NCBI GenBank assembly: GCA_963665125.2
Contig: CAXXUK010000001.1
Coordinates: 1,632,001 to 1,696,000, forward strand
Direction: 5' to 3'
Length of the DNA stretch: 64,000 nt
DNA from: an uncultured Desulfarculus sp.
GTDB lineage: Bacteria > Desulfobacterota > Desulfarculia > Desulfarculales > Desulfarculaceae
Below are positions 1-9,934 of this stretch, piece after piece (within the stretch, counting starts at the first letter, position 1; each line of letters begins with the position of its first letter). The notes under the pieces are model-generated. The model made no database searches. It was not told where the DNA came from and saw nothing but the letters and a program-made list of their open reading frames with translations. Both the position numbers and the translations under genes were made by a program.

Positions 1-2
1 AT

Positions 3-53
3 GCGGCCTGGGCCGGGGTTCGGGTCGGCGGTTGGGCGTACTGGAAAGAATAG
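3..53 (+). CDS. 3' end of a DUF1353-like phage-associated gene (runs in from left of window)
   Basis: Frame 3 reads AAWAGVRVGGWAYWKE* (TAG 51-53), the typical DUF1353 C-terminus; too short for the ORF track. Confidence 0.7.
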   Translation, partial: AAWAGVRVGGWAYWKE

Positions 54-110
54 CAAACCGGCAACCTTGCATCCTGGCTGCCGGTTCAAGGACCGCTGTG
101 GAGGTTGTTA

Positions 111-416
111 CTATCCGTTTGCAGCCCTTGGCATCACCTCTGCCTCAATCTGAGCGCTTGCGTGGTAGCGGGCCAGCTTCAGATCATAATGGCTCTGCAG
201 GTTCAGCCAGAACTCAGGCGAATTTCCCCAGTAGCGGCTGAGCCGTAGCGCGGTATCCGCCGTGATGCTGCGCTTGCCGTTGACGATCTCGTTGATCCGG
301 CGGGCGGAAACATTGAGCGCCTTGGCCAAGGCATTTTGGCTCAAATTCAACGGCTTCATGAATTCTTCAAGTAGTATTTCGCCTGGATGGATGGGCGGTA
401 GCTTCTGGGCGGCCAT
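111..416 (-). CDS. higA: HigA family antitoxin (HTH)
   Basis: PIHPGEILLEEF...SITADTALRLSRYWGNSPEFWLNLQ signature; downstream of toxin. Confidence 0.95.
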   Translation of the reverse strand: MAAQKLPPIHPGEILLEEFMKPLNLSQNALAKALNVSARRINEIVNGKRSITADTALRLSRYWGNSPEFWLNLQSHYDLKLARYHASAQIEAEVMPRAANG

Positions 417-431
417 CTGAGCCCTCCCTTC

Positions 432-716
432 TTATTTATGGTAATCAGTTATCTCCACGTCGTAGGCGTCGTCGCCTTCCCAACGGAAGCATATTCTGTA
501 TTGCCTGTTGATGCGGATGCTGAACTGCCCCTTGCGATCACCTTTCAAAGCTTCAAGCTGATTTCCTGGTGGCACCCGCAAGTCGTTCACGTTGTGCGCA
601 GAGGCAATCAATTCCAGTTTACGCTCTGCGGCTCGCTGAAGGTCATTTGAAAACCGGCTGACCCGTTCGCAGTTGTAAACGTTTTCGGTGTCGCTGTTTT
701 TAAATGACTTGATCAT
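432..716 (-). CDS. higB: HigB/RelE-family toxin
   Basis: MIKSF...DLRVPPGNQLEALKGDRKGQFSIRINRQYRICFRW...VEITDYH; toxin-first gene order. Confidence 0.95.
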   Translation of the reverse strand: MIKSFKNSDTENVYNCERVSRFSNDLQRAAERKLELIASAHNVNDLRVPPGNQLEALKGDRKGQFSIRINRQYRICFRWEGDDAYDVEITDYHK

Positions 717-722
717 GAAGCA

Positions 723-751
723 ATAATATTACACATAACGTCATAGGTCAA
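723..751 (-). promoter_or_regulatory. sigma70-type promoter of higBA
   Basis: Minus strand TTGACC-17 nt-TATTAT just upstream of the higB ATG. Confidence 0.55.
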
Positions 752-807
752 GGCAGGATGAAAAATACGGCGTTTTCACCCCTCAAATTTGGGCCTCTCT
801 GGACCAA

Positions 808-829
808 TTCCTTACTACTTCCTTACTAC
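808..829. repeat. Tandem 11-bp direct repeat (candidate integrase arm-type sites)
   Basis: ttccttactac x2, ~60 bp inside the tRNA fragment. Confidence 0.55.
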
Positions 830-890
830 ATGGCATTTTTATGTTTTTATCTACTTGATTTCATTAACTATTCACGATGTACTGCAAGTG

Positions 891-940
891 CCATCCTCAC
901 ACGGTGGAAGTCATGGGTTCAAATCCCATCGGCCCTACCA
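891..940 (+). tRNA. 3' half of tRNA-Val(CAC), att-site duplicate (not a complete tRNA)
   Basis: Anticodon arm ccatc-ctCACac-ggtgg, T arm atggg-ttcaaat-cccat, acceptor 3' strand cggccct-a-CCA; no D arm or 5' acceptor strand upstream. Confidence 0.85.
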
Positions 941-952
941 CTCAACAATAAC

Positions 953-983
953 AAGGGGTTAGCCGGATAACGGTTAGCCCCTT
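953..983. terminator. Hairpin downstream of tRNA fragment
   Basis: aaggggttagccg-gataa-cggttagcccctt. Confidence 0.65.
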
Positions 984-1019
984 GATACGTTTGACGAGTA
1001 AAAAAAGGGCGACAACGCT

Positions 1020-1146
1020 TTATTCCTTCCAGCATGCCCAACCCCCAACCCTTACGCCCATGTAGACCACCCACCGCCGCCACCAACTGACACCTGAATC
1101 TTTCATGGCACACATGAAAATATCATCCGCTTGTTTGCGTGTAACA
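1020..1146 (-). pseudogene. Truncated DUF1353-like C-terminal fragment
   Basis: VTRKQADDIF...AM..SGVSWWRRWVVYMGVRVGGWACWKE*; upstream HD motif and N-terminus absent. Confidence 0.7.
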
Positions 1147-1326
1147 GGCGAACCCGGCCGGGCAAAATGGCCCATGGGTACGCCCCGGACTACAACCTGA
1201 AGCTTCGCCAAAAACTAACTCCACTAGAGCCTTATCAACCAACCGGAACTGTGATATGACAACTATGTCGTGGGATGATAACTTCCCGCGAGCCGGTTGT
1301 TCCCATACAACAAAGCAAGGTGGACT

Positions 1327-3075
1327 ATGAACGCGACCATAGTGGCAATCCTGGTGTTGGTTTGGTTTGGCCTGGCATATTTCACCTATGGCCGATTCAT
1401 CTCCTGGACCCTGGTGAAGCCCGACGATTCGCGCACCACCCCGGCTCACGCCCTGAACGACGGGCTGGACTACAGCCCCAGCAAGCGCCGCTTTTTGTGG
1501 GGCAACCACTTTTCATCCATAGCCGGGGCTGGGCCCATAATTGGGCCAATCGTGGCGGTGTCCTACTTTGGCTGGGGGCCCACCCTGTTGTGGGTGGTCA
1601 TCGGCGCGGTGTTCATGGGCGCGGTGCACGATTACCTGTCCCTGATGATGTCCGTGCGCCACAAGGGGCGCGGCATCAGCGAACTGGCCTCGCTCACCGT
1701 GGGGCGCACGGCCGCGGCAATGTTCGCCATCATGCTCTATTGCGTGCTGGTGCTTCTTATCGCCGTGTTCATGGTTTCGGTGGCCCAGGCCCTGATCAAC
1801 ATGCCAGCCTTGGTCATCCCCACCTTTGGCCTAATCGGCGTGGCCGTGCTGCTGGGCCTGGCCCTGGAGCGCTGGCATGTGCCCGAGTTGATCGCCTCGC
1901 CTTTGGCCGTGTTTCTGGCCTATTTCCTGATCTGGGTCGGCTATTGGGTGCCCATATCCCTGCCGTCGTTCCTGGGCCCCCACGGTATCATGGCCGTGTG
2001 GCTGGTGGTGCTGACAGCCTACTGCCTGCTGGCCTCGGTGGCGCCGATGTGGGTGCTCTTGCGGCCACGGGACTTCATCTCCGGCATCAAACTGGCCGTG
2101 GGCATGGTGCTGGGCTTCGCGGCAATATTCGTGACCCATCCGGTGATCGACGCCCCCATGTTCGAGGGGGCCATTTCTCACGGCAAACCCATCTGGCCTA
2201 TCCTGTTCATCCTGGTCGCCTGCGGCGCCATCAGCGGTTTCCACGCCATTGTCTCCACAGGCACCACGGCCCGCCAGCTCAACAAGGAAAGCGATGGGCG
2301 CAGCGTGGCCTTCGGCGGCATGCTCATGGAGGGCGCTCTGGCCGCATTGGTTATCCTGCTGGTCACCGCGGGCATGAAATGGGGCGCAGCCCCGGATGGA
2401 GTCACCGGCCAGGCCGCCAACCAATACTTTGCCAGCGCTCTGCATAAGGGCTGGATCGTGGCCTTTGGATCAGGCTTCGGCCGTTTGGTCAGCGATCTGC
2501 AGATTCCTTTGCTTACCAGCGGCGTGGCCGCCCTCTTGGGCGCGGTGATGGTCAAGAGCTTCATCCTGACCACCCTGGACGCGGGCACCCGCCTGGCCAG
2601 GTTCTTGATCAACGAATCTGTGGGCAAGAAGGTGCCCCTTTTCGGCGGACTGTGGGTTTCCACGGCGGTGGTTTTGGCTCCCGCCCTGCTTTTGGCCCTG
2701 ACCAACTCCTATGCCGAGGTGTGGAAGCTCTTCGGCGCGGCCAACCAGCTCATCGCCGCTGTTACATTATTAACGATCACCGCCATGCTTGCCGCCCAGA
2801 AGCTGCCCCTGCGCTACACCATGGCCCCGGCCCTGTTCATGCTACTGACCACGGTCTGCGCCCTGTTGTGGGAGATGTTCAACCCCGCTGACGGCTATTT
2901 CACCGGGGCCAAGCCAAACTATTATCTTGGCGCAATATCCGCCCTGCTCATCCTGCTGGGCTCGGGGGTGCTGTTCAAGGGGTGGCGGGCAATAACCGCG
3001 GCCCACGCACCGGAACTGCCCGAACAACCCACGGGCATCTTGGTGGAGAAGCATCAAGCCAAAATGAATATGTAG
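1327..3075 (+). CDS. cstA: Carbon starvation protein A family transporter
   Basis: TPAH..DG.DY.P, HFSSIAGAGPIIGP, GAVHDY, CGAISGFH motifs; polytopic. Confidence 0.95.
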   Translation: MNATIVAILVLVWFGLAYFTYGRFISWTLVKPDDSRTTPAHALNDGLDYSPSKRRFLWGNHFSSIAGAGPIIGPIVAVSYFGWGPTLLWVVIGAVFMGAVHDYLSLMMSVRHKGRGISELASLTVGRTAAAMFAIMLYCVLVLLIAVFMVSVAQALINMPALVIPTFGLIGVAVLLGLALERWHVPELIASPLAVFLAYFLIWVGYWVPISLPSFLGPHGIMAVWLVVLTAYCLLASVAPMWVLLRPRDFISGIKLAVGMVLGFAAIFVTHPVIDAPMFEGAISHGKPIWPILFILVACGAISGFHAIVSTGTTARQLNKESDGRSVAFGGMLMEGALAALVILLVTAGMKWGAAPDGVTGQAANQYFASALHKGWIVAFGSGFGRLVSDLQIPLLTSGVAALLGAVMVKSFILTTLDAGTRLARFLINESVGKKVPLFGGLWVSTAVVLAPALLLALTNSYAEVWKLFGAANQLIAAVTLLTITAMLAAQKLPLRYTMAPALFMLLTTVCALLWEMFNPADGYFTGAKPNYYLGAISALLILLGSGVLFKGWRAITAAHAPELPEQPTGILVEKHQAKMNM

Positions 3076-3125
3076 ACATGGACGGCTGGTTCAAACCCCG
3101 TCCGCAGACAGTACAAAAGACATCA

Positions 3126-3156
3126 ACCGGCTAACCCGGCAAGGGCTAGCCGGTTT
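3126..3156 (+). terminator. Intrinsic terminator after cstA
   Basis: aaccggctaaccc-ggcaa-gggctagccggtt followed by T-rich tail. Confidence 0.65.
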
Positions 3157-3286
3157 CATTTATCGGACAGTGTGTGTAAAGCCCTACCGATCTTGATTTT
3201 TCGATAAGAATGATCTGAATTTGCCTTCCCCGTGTAGCCAAGAAAATATAAAATGTCAACAACATACACCAATCAGAGGTTTGGAC

Positions 3287-4096
3287 ATGACTGAAAATGG
3301 CAAGCAACCTAAGGGAGCCCTAGAATCGTTCGATATTGAAAACGAAAAAAACCTCCACGGTGATCACTGGGCCAGTGTTCTGGGCGGATATTTCTCAGAC
3401 CCGGCAATCGCCAGGTCGTTGGTGGACGCCCTGCAAAAGGCCATCGAGAGGCACTCGCCAACGGTGTTGGTCGATATCGGAGGAGGTACCGGCTTTATAC
3501 TGTCCGAGCTTTCTCGGATATACCCCAACGGCCAACTGCGCCTCATCGACCTGGATGCCTCGCCAACCCAGCTTTCCGGGGAACAGCAGCACAATATCAC
3601 CAAAATTCAGGCCATGGCCCAGGACGTGAAGCGTGAAGACCTTTGCGGCGAGGATGACGTTTTAATGCTGACCATGCGCTCGGTTTTGCAATATTTCGGG
3701 CCGTCCGGCACAGAGCCCTTTTTAAAGGATTTGGCCTCGCTACTAAAGCCTGGCGAGTGCATGGTGCACCAAAGCGCATGCTTTGACAATGAACAGAATG
3801 CCCGGTTTATAAGCAAATTCACGGAAATGTCTCAGATAGGCAAAGGTGCCCCTTTAACGGCCAATCTAAAGGAAATACTTGGTCAATCTGGCTGGAGAGT
3901 GCAGGATGTCATTGACGCTCCGCCTCTGCCAATGGACTCGGCATTTTTGGCCAAGCGATACAAATTGGACAATAACCGTCTGCGGGCTACCGAGGCGCTG
4001 GGCCGCGAGTTCGAAGAGGCTGATGCCTTTAGCCAATTGGAAAACGGTTTCATAATTCGCATGGACTACAAGATTTTCACCAGCATTCGGAAATAA
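3287..4096 (+). CDS. Class I SAM-dependent methyltransferase
   Basis: VDIGGGTG motif I, IDLDAS motif II, LLKPG. Confidence 0.85.
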   Translation: MTENGKQPKGALESFDIENEKNLHGDHWASVLGGYFSDPAIARSLVDALQKAIERHSPTVLVDIGGGTGFILSELSRIYPNGQLRLIDLDASPTQLSGEQQHNITKIQAMAQDVKREDLCGEDDVLMLTMRSVLQYFGPSGTEPFLKDLASLLKPGECMVHQSACFDNEQNARFISKFTEMSQIGKGAPLTANLKEILGQSGWRVQDVIDAPPLPMDSAFLAKRYKLDNNRLRATEALGREFEEADAFSQLENGFIIRMDYKIFTSIRK

Positions 4097-4258
4097 TCCC
4101 TGCGGCTGGCATGTGAGCAACAGCAACCATATCCCAATAAAATAACAACCGGTTAGAGATGTCACCCTCTAACCGGCGTTTTGCTTTTCATTGCCACCTG
4201 GGCACCGTCTATTTACGAGATATGTGCCTCACATGTAAACACTTAGAGGCGTTGGATA

Positions 4259-4906
4259 TTAATCTATAGAGTCCACCCTCTTGAGTTCGACAGGGGGCAT
4301 CGGCAATTCAGTGGGCTGTACTGAAAGCGTGTTTGCGCCCACCACATTGATCTTTGCCCTGGTCCAATGCACCCCAACCCCAGGAGTGGCGGTAAGCATC
4401 ATACCCTGTGCGCTGGCCGCCCCCGGTTTGAGGTTAAACACGCAAGTAACCGTGCCGACATTAATGGGCACCAACCAGGCCACCAGTTTTTTGACGAGAA
4501 TCAACTGGTGGGTGTGAGCCACCGGCCACTGGCCTGGGTTGACGACAAGCTGATAATAAAGCCCGCCCTGTTGGAGCCAGTATCCACGCAGATCAGGGGT
4601 GACCGGCTGTTGCGGTGCCTGCTGCTGTTGCTGCTGGACCGGCACCTGTTGCTGAGGCTGCGGCACAACGCCCTGTTGCACCGGAACTTGCTGTTGGGGC
4701 TGCTGAACGACTCCCTGCTGAGCCGGAACTTGCTGCTGGGGCTGTTGAAAAACATACCCCTGCTGAGCCGGATTCTGCTGCTGAATCTGGGCCAATTGCT
4801 GGTATTGGTCGTCGGCGATTGCCATTGTCGGCAGAAGGCAATACGCCAGAATAACGAGCACGGGGATTATTCGAGTACGATTTCTTTTCATGTTTCGCCG
4901 CTCCAC
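4259..4906 (-). CDS. Secreted Gln/Pro-repeat protein with small beta-rich C-terminal domain
   Basis: Signal peptide (..TMAIA/DD), 14-aa QQPQQQVPxQQGVV repeats, then DLRGYW-initiated domain. Confidence 0.75.
   Translation of the reverse strand: MERRNMKRNRTRIIPVLVILAYCLLPTMAIADDQYQQLAQIQQQNPAQQGYVFQQPQQQVPAQQGVVQQPQQQVPVQQGVVPQPQQQVPVQQQQQQAPQQPVTPDLRGYWLQQGGLYYQLVVNPGQWPVAHTHQLILVKKLVAWLVPINVGTVTCVFNLKPGAASAQGMMLTATPGVGVHWTRAKINVVGANTLSVQPTELPMPPVELKRVDSID
4631..4783. repeat. Degenerate 42-bp coding tandem repeat (~3.5 copies)
   Basis: Units such as ctgctgagccggaacttgctgctggggctg recur at ~42 nt; boundaries approximate. Confidence 0.75.
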
Positions 4907-5302
4907 CTCATGGCGCCCGCCGATACGCGGCCAGGCCCGGTCCGGAACCCATCGCAGTATGATTAAAAAAACTGGTTTAAACCTTTAAGACCCCATGGTC
5001 TGTTGCGCCACCAGAGCCAATACCATCCATATGCTCCGGTACAAACCCATACGGCTGGCCACCGTTGAAAATAAGTTCATAATTTCAATATTCCAAAACA
5101 GTTGCATGATATCCCAATTTCGTTTCAAAGGGCCAGGCGTTTTATAGCTTCGACGGACCCTACCGGGACATCTTACATTTACCCGGAAATAAATTACCGG
5201 GTGAACCGCATGGAATTATTGAACTCGGCTGCACATTAACGGCCGAGCACGGTTATTTAACGCCCCCTCCCCGTCTTGGCCTGGCCGGACCCGGCAACTC
5301 AT

Positions 5303-5325
5303 CCTTGTAAACACCGTTTACAAGG
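5303..5325. promoter_or_regulatory. Perfect inverted repeat, candidate operator
   Basis: ccttgtaaac-acc-gtttacaagg, 80 bp upstream of the 5406 gene. Confidence 0.55.
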
Positions 5326-5405
5326 TTTTATACTAGCGTCAAAAAGCGCACCCGTTTGAAGATGATCCGGTAATCTGAAACGCTGCAACAGGACCAGCAA
5401 GGAGC

Positions 5406-6218
5406 ATGGCTTTGAATTTTGATACCGTAAAACTGGCTTATTTTTCGCCCACCGGCACCACCAGGAAAATCCTCGGCAGCATAGCCGAGGGCCTGGGCGC
5501 GGCAAACATTCAACACATTGACCTGACTCTGCCCCAAACAGAAGCCCAAAGCCCAGGCAAGCTCAACGGAGAGCTGGTGTTCATCGGCCTGCCGGTATAC
5601 GAGGGCCGGGCCGCCAAAACGGCCCTGGAACGGCTGAGCCAGTTGAAGGCCGACAACACCCCGGCGGCCATCGTGGTGCTATACGGCAACCGGGATTTTG
5701 AAGACGCCCTGATCGAGCTTTACGACCTGACCAGGGAATGGGGCTTTTTGCCTCTGGCGGCGGGGGCCTTTATCGGCGAGCATTCATTTGCCAGGGATGA
5801 CCGCCCCATGGCCAACGGCAGGCCCGATGCGGCCGATATCGCCGCCGCCAAGGAGTTTGGCCAAAAGATCCGGGCCAAACTGGAAGGCCTGTCTTCAGCC
5901 TCCGATGCCGCTCTGGTCGAACCGCCGGGCAACAGGCCCTACATCGACCGCGATAGGAGTCCCCTGGCCGACAGGGCCGCCACGACCCTTGCCGACGACT
6001 GCACCCTGTGCGGCACCTGCGCCTCGGTCTGCCCGGTGGGAGCCGTTACCGTCGACGAAGCCGTGGTGACCGACAACATGGCCTGCATTCTATGCAATGC
6101 CTGCGTCAAGAACTGCCCCACCGGAGCCAGGGTGGTGGACGACCCGATGATCAACAAGATCGTGGCCTGGGTCTGCAAGAATACCCAGGAACGTAGAGAG
6201 CCGGTCACATTCGTCTGA
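5406..6218 (+). CDS. Flavodoxin-like/4Fe-4S (EFR1-type) protein
   Basis: YFSPTGTT, YGNRDFEDAL, two CxxCxxCxxxCP motifs. Confidence 0.9.
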   Translation: MALNFDTVKLAYFSPTGTTRKILGSIAEGLGAANIQHIDLTLPQTEAQSPGKLNGELVFIGLPVYEGRAAKTALERLSQLKADNTPAAIVVLYGNRDFEDALIELYDLTREWGFLPLAAGAFIGEHSFARDDRPMANGRPDAADIAAAKEFGQKIRAKLEGLSSASDAALVEPPGNRPYIDRDRSPLADRAATTLADDCTLCGTCASVCPVGAVTVDEAVVTDNMACILCNACVKNCPTGARVVDDPMINKIVAWVCKNTQERREPVTFV

Positions 6219-6264
6219 GTTGCCGGCCCGAAAGAACTCATTACGGCCCGCGCCGATCCGGGAG

Positions 6265-7086
6265 CTACCCTGTCTTGCCCCGGATGGCCGGGCCGTTGTC
6301 TTGCATTTTGGGCCCAAATAAATAGAGGACAACCGCGAAACCGGCGACTCCAAGCAGGCCGAACAGGTACTGCGGGTCAGGATAAACGTAGAACAACACC
6401 CGGATTCCACTGCCCCATAAAAACAAGGCAAGTGCCGAAAAGACCAGATAGGCCCACTGCAAATTGCGGTTGTTCGGCGCCAACAAGGCGCAAAATATCG
6501 GAAATGCCCGGCCATAAAGAACGAACACCACGGCCATGAGGAACAGCGAACCGAAAACAAAAAGAAACCACGGCGAAATTTCCATGCCCCGGTTGAAATT
6601 GCCCGTATCGCCGTGATCGGCAAAACCACGCATCAGGACATAAGCGATCAGCTCCATCAGGTTGACTATGGCGAACCAGAAAAGCACATAAAAAAGCCGC
6701 TTCCTGGTCCATACCCAGTTACCAAGCATGATGATGATGCTCAAGGCCACCATGACCGTATGCATGATCAACGGGCTTACGCCGATGATGGCCGCCTGGT
6801 GCAGCCGGCCCATGGCAAAGAGCTTTCTATAGCCCACACCCTCGTCCCAACCGGTCATCATCACCGGGTTGCCCCAGACAATGTCCCAAGGGCTGTGCAT
6901 ATCATCAAGAAGCCAAGCCACGGTGCTGTGCGTAAACTCGTGCATCAGGATCACCAGGGCCTGAATGATCAGGAACACCGGAATTAGAACCAGCAGGTGC
7001 TCAAAAGTTTGCCGCGTGTTTTGTGAAGGGAAGATGGTGGTTACCCCGCTAGTTAATGGAGTAGATGTTTTGGTCCATTTTCGCAT
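6265..7086 (-). CDS. Membrane protein with HExxH (M50-like)
   Basis: HEFTH within a hydrophobic segment; ~6 TM helices. Confidence 0.65.
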   Translation of the reverse strand: MRKWTKTSTPLTSGVTTIFPSQNTRQTFEHLLVLIPVFLIIQALVILMHEFTHSTVAWLLDDMHSPWDIVWGNPVMMTGWDEGVGYRKLFAMGRLHQAAIIGVSPLIMHTVMVALSIIIMLGNWVWTRKRLFYVLFWFAIVNLMELIAYVLMRGFADHGDTGNFNRGMEISPWFLFVFGSLFLMAVVFVLYGRAFPIFCALLAPNNRNLQWAYLVFSALALFLWGSGIRVLFYVYPDPQYLFGLLGVAGFAVVLYLFGPKMQDNGPAIRGKTG

Positions 7087-7162
7087 TTAACGGGCGGGAT
7101 AGGAGTTATATTTCTTGGCTTAACAGCCGGTGGCGTTTTTCGCGCCGCCACCGGCCAAGCAT

Positions 7163-8080
7163 TTACACCGCGTGCTCATCCAGAAAAGCCCTGGCCGTAT
7201 CCTGGGCGGCGGCGCCGTTTTTGCTGATCCAGAAGCCGATGTGGCTGCCTTCTTCGATCCAATGCCGCCTTGCGCCGGGCAAGTGCTCCACCACATACAC
7301 CGCGTCATAGAACTTGACGTCCGCATCGTGGGTTCCGTGGATGATCAGCGAGGGACACTTGATCTGATCCACCGGCATGAATCCCATGTTGCGGTAGATT
7401 TCCATGTCATTGTCCGTGCCGACCTTGCGGGGCTTGTAGGGGTTCATGCTCTCCATGAAGGCCAGAACGAAGCTCTTGGCGAATTCGCTACCCATGGCGT
7501 ATTCTAGGTGTTCGTCAAACTGCTTTTTGGTGAACAGGGCCTCGGCCTGGAATATCTGTTTGAGGAACATATCGGGCCGCTTTTCACCGATCATTTTCAA
7601 CAATTTCTGGCCCAGATCAGAGGTGAAAATGGCCTGGGCTATGGGTCCGGCCGTACTGGGCATGTCGTAATAGCCGCTGACGCTGTCGATGGCCACAAGA
7701 CCCCAGCACCGCTGGGGCTGGCGGATGGCGAACATGTAGGCCGGGGGCCCTCCGGCCGATGCCGAAACGATGGCGGCCTTTTCCACGCCCAGTTCGTCCA
7801 GCAGGGCCGCGAACAAATCGGCCTGGGCCTCCATGCTTTGGCCGCTCTCCAGGGGAGTGCCCAGATAACCCGGCCTGCTCACCGAAAGCACCCGGTATTT
7901 TGATGTATCCACCCAAGCCGACATGATGCGGGCCTGATCCACGCCGCCTATGCCGCCGTGCGACACCAGCACCACCGGCCCGTCGCCTTCGGTCAAGTCA
8001 TACTCCACCACGCCGAGCTTGGTTTGTATGGTTTGGGGATTAATCGACAAGCCAGGCAGCAGATCTTTGGTCTTGTACAT
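7163..8080 (-). CDS. Alpha/beta hydrolase
   Basis: HGGIGG, RPGYLGT, SASAGG nucleophile elbow, HGTHD, GSH; GGAGGAG RBS before ATG 8080. Confidence 0.9.
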   Translation of the reverse strand: MYKTKDLLPGLSINPQTIQTKLGVVEYDLTEGDGPVVLVSHGGIGGVDQARIMSAWVDTSKYRVLSVSRPGYLGTPLESGQSMEAQADLFAALLDELGVEKAAIVSASAGGPPAYMFAIRQPQRCWGLVAIDSVSGYYDMPSTAGPIAQAIFTSDLGQKLLKMIGEKRPDMFLKQIFQAEALFTKKQFDEHLEYAMGSEFAKSFVLAFMESMNPYKPRKVGTDNDMEIYRNMGFMPVDQIKCPSLIIHGTHDADVKFYDAVYVVEHLPGARRHWIEEGSHIGFWISKNGAAAQDTARAFLDEHAV

Positions 8081-8635
8081 CGGGGCAACTCCTCCGTGAA
8101 ACAACTTTGTTGGGTCGACATCAGGAATATTGTAGGCCAGCCAGGTTTTACCGGGCAACATGTTAACGAGTATTGTCCACTGATGATATTCCTACGCCGT
8201 CGCCAGCAACAACCGATACAAATACTAAATAAATATATTCCAGTTTTATTACAGCTACATTACGGCTACTTTTTCGCATCTGAACACCGTTTTGCCTTGC
8301 ATAAAAATCAGGCGGTGTTACTTTTTAGCTACTTTGCAGCTAGGCATCAAAATACCGCCCGCAAAATGGGCCAACAGCATGAGAACATACTGCAACATGA
8401 TAATATCACAAATAATTTCCCCCAGGACCAAAGCCGCTTCACTCGTGCCTGGCTGTCCGGTGGTTCTGGCAATCAACAAATCAAAACAGGTCAATCAAAG
8501 CCCAGCCCAGCCGGCTGGCAGGTAGAGGCATTGCTTTAGGCAGGCGCGCCCGAAACTACGCATACAAAATGACTGAGCGGTCATCCAGGCAAACAAACGA
8601 CCGAGCAGCAGTTGAAAATGAGCAGGAGACAGATC

Positions 8636-9934
8636 ATGAGTTGGATGAAGCACTACCAAAGCCACAGCATCACCGCCCGAGAAGCGGCCAACCTAATCGA
8701 ATCAGGCCAAAACATTGTCTGCGGACATGCCTGCGCCGCGCCGGAAAGCCTTACCGAGGCCCTGGTGCAACGGGCCGCCGAGCTCAGGGCCGTGAACATC
8801 TGTCATCTTATCGCCATGGGCAACTGCGCCTATCTGCTGCCCGAGTTCGAGAGTGCCTTCCGCCACAACACCATGTTCTGCGGCTGTGGCTCGCGTCCGG
8901 CCGTGGCCGAGGGCCGCGCCGATTTCACGCCCTGCTTTTTCAATGAAGTGCCGAGCCTGTTCGCCTCCGGCGCCCTGCCCGTCGACGTGGCCCTGATCAC
9001 CGTCTCCGAGCCGGACAAGGCCGGAAACGTCAGCCTGGGCGTGTCCATCGACTACACCAAGCAGGCAGCCCAGTCGGCCAAATTGGTCATCGCCGAGGTG
9101 ACGCCGCATATGCCGCGAACCCACGGCCAGTCGTTCATGCACGTCAGCGAAATCGATTATTTCGTGCCTACAGACCGCCAGATCATCGAGATGCAGCCTC
9201 CGGCCATCGGCGACATCGAAAAAGCCATCGGCCAAAACATCGCCCGGATGATCAACGACGGCGACTGCCTCCAACTGGGCATCGGGGCCATTCCCGACGC
9301 CACCCTGAGCTTCCTGGACGACAAAAAAGACCTGGGCATCCATTCGGAGATGATCTCCGACGGCGTCATGCGCCTGGCGGAAAAGGGCGTGATCACCGGC
9401 CGCCGCAAAAACCTGCACTCCGGGAAAATCGTGATCACCTTTGCCATGGGCACCAGGGGCTTCTACGACTGGATCGACGACAACAGCTCCATCCAGACCT
9501 TCCCGGTGGACTACACCAACGACCCGTTCATCATCGCCCAAAACGACAACATGGTCTCCATTAACTCCTGCCTGGCCGTGGACCTCAGCGGCCAGGTGGC
9601 CGCCGACAGCCTGGACCGCAGACCCTTCAGCGGCGTGGGCGGCCAGGTGGATTTCGTGCGCGGCGCCAAGCGCTCCAAGGGCGGCCGCAGCATCATAGCC
9701 ATGCCCTCCACGGCCCGGCACGGCACGACCTCGCGCATCGTGGCAACCCTGGCCCAGGGCCAGGCCGTCACCACCTCCCGCAATGACGTGGACCATATCG
9801 TGACCGAGTACGGCGTTGCCAGCCTGCACGGCAAGACCATGCTCCAGCGGGCCGAAGCGCTGATCAACATTGCCCACCCGGATTTCCGGGACGAACTGCG
9901 CCAATCGGTAATAGAGGCCTATCAACTGTACTAG
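8636..9934 (+). CDS. Acetyl-CoA hydrolase / 4-hydroxybutyrate CoA-transferase family
   Basis: LQLGIGAIP, DLGIHSEM, SGVGGQVDFVRGA, VTEYG. Confidence 0.93.
   Translation: MSWMKHYQSHSITAREAANLIESGQNIVCGHACAAPESLTEALVQRAAELRAVNICHLIAMGNCAYLLPEFESAFRHNTMFCGCGSRPAVAEGRADFTPCFFNEVPSLFASGALPVDVALITVSEPDKAGNVSLGVSIDYTKQAAQSAKLVIAEVTPHMPRTHGQSFMHVSEIDYFVPTDRQIIEMQPPAIGDIEKAIGQNIARMINDGDCLQLGIGAIPDATLSFLDDKKDLGIHSEMISDGVMRLAEKGVITGRRKNLHSGKIVITFAMGTRGFYDWIDDNSSIQTFPVDYTNDPFIIAQNDNMVSINSCLAVDLSGQVAADSLDRRPFSGVGGQVDFVRGAKRSKGGRSIIAMPSTARHGTTSRIVATLAQGQAVTTSRNDVDHIVTEYGVASLHGKTMLQRAEALINIAHPDFRDELRQSVIEAYQLY

Larger units (their letters stand above)
1..940. mobile_element. Right end of an integrated element (prophage/island) inserted at tRNA-Val
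   Basis: Phage-type gene tail and TA module, then tandem 11-bp repeat, tRNA 3'-half and terminator; no integrase in window. Confidence 0.65.

Noticed and set aside
891..940. Complete functional tRNA gene
   Set aside because: The D arm and 5' acceptor strand are missing.
4631..4783. Periodic repeat as a CRISPR array
   Set aside because: In-frame degenerate coding repeat without unique spacers; no cas genes.
8520..8535. sigma54 promoter before the CoA-transferase
   Set aside because: GG-N10-GC spacing and TTGCT fit, but the -24 (AGGTAG) is too weak to call.
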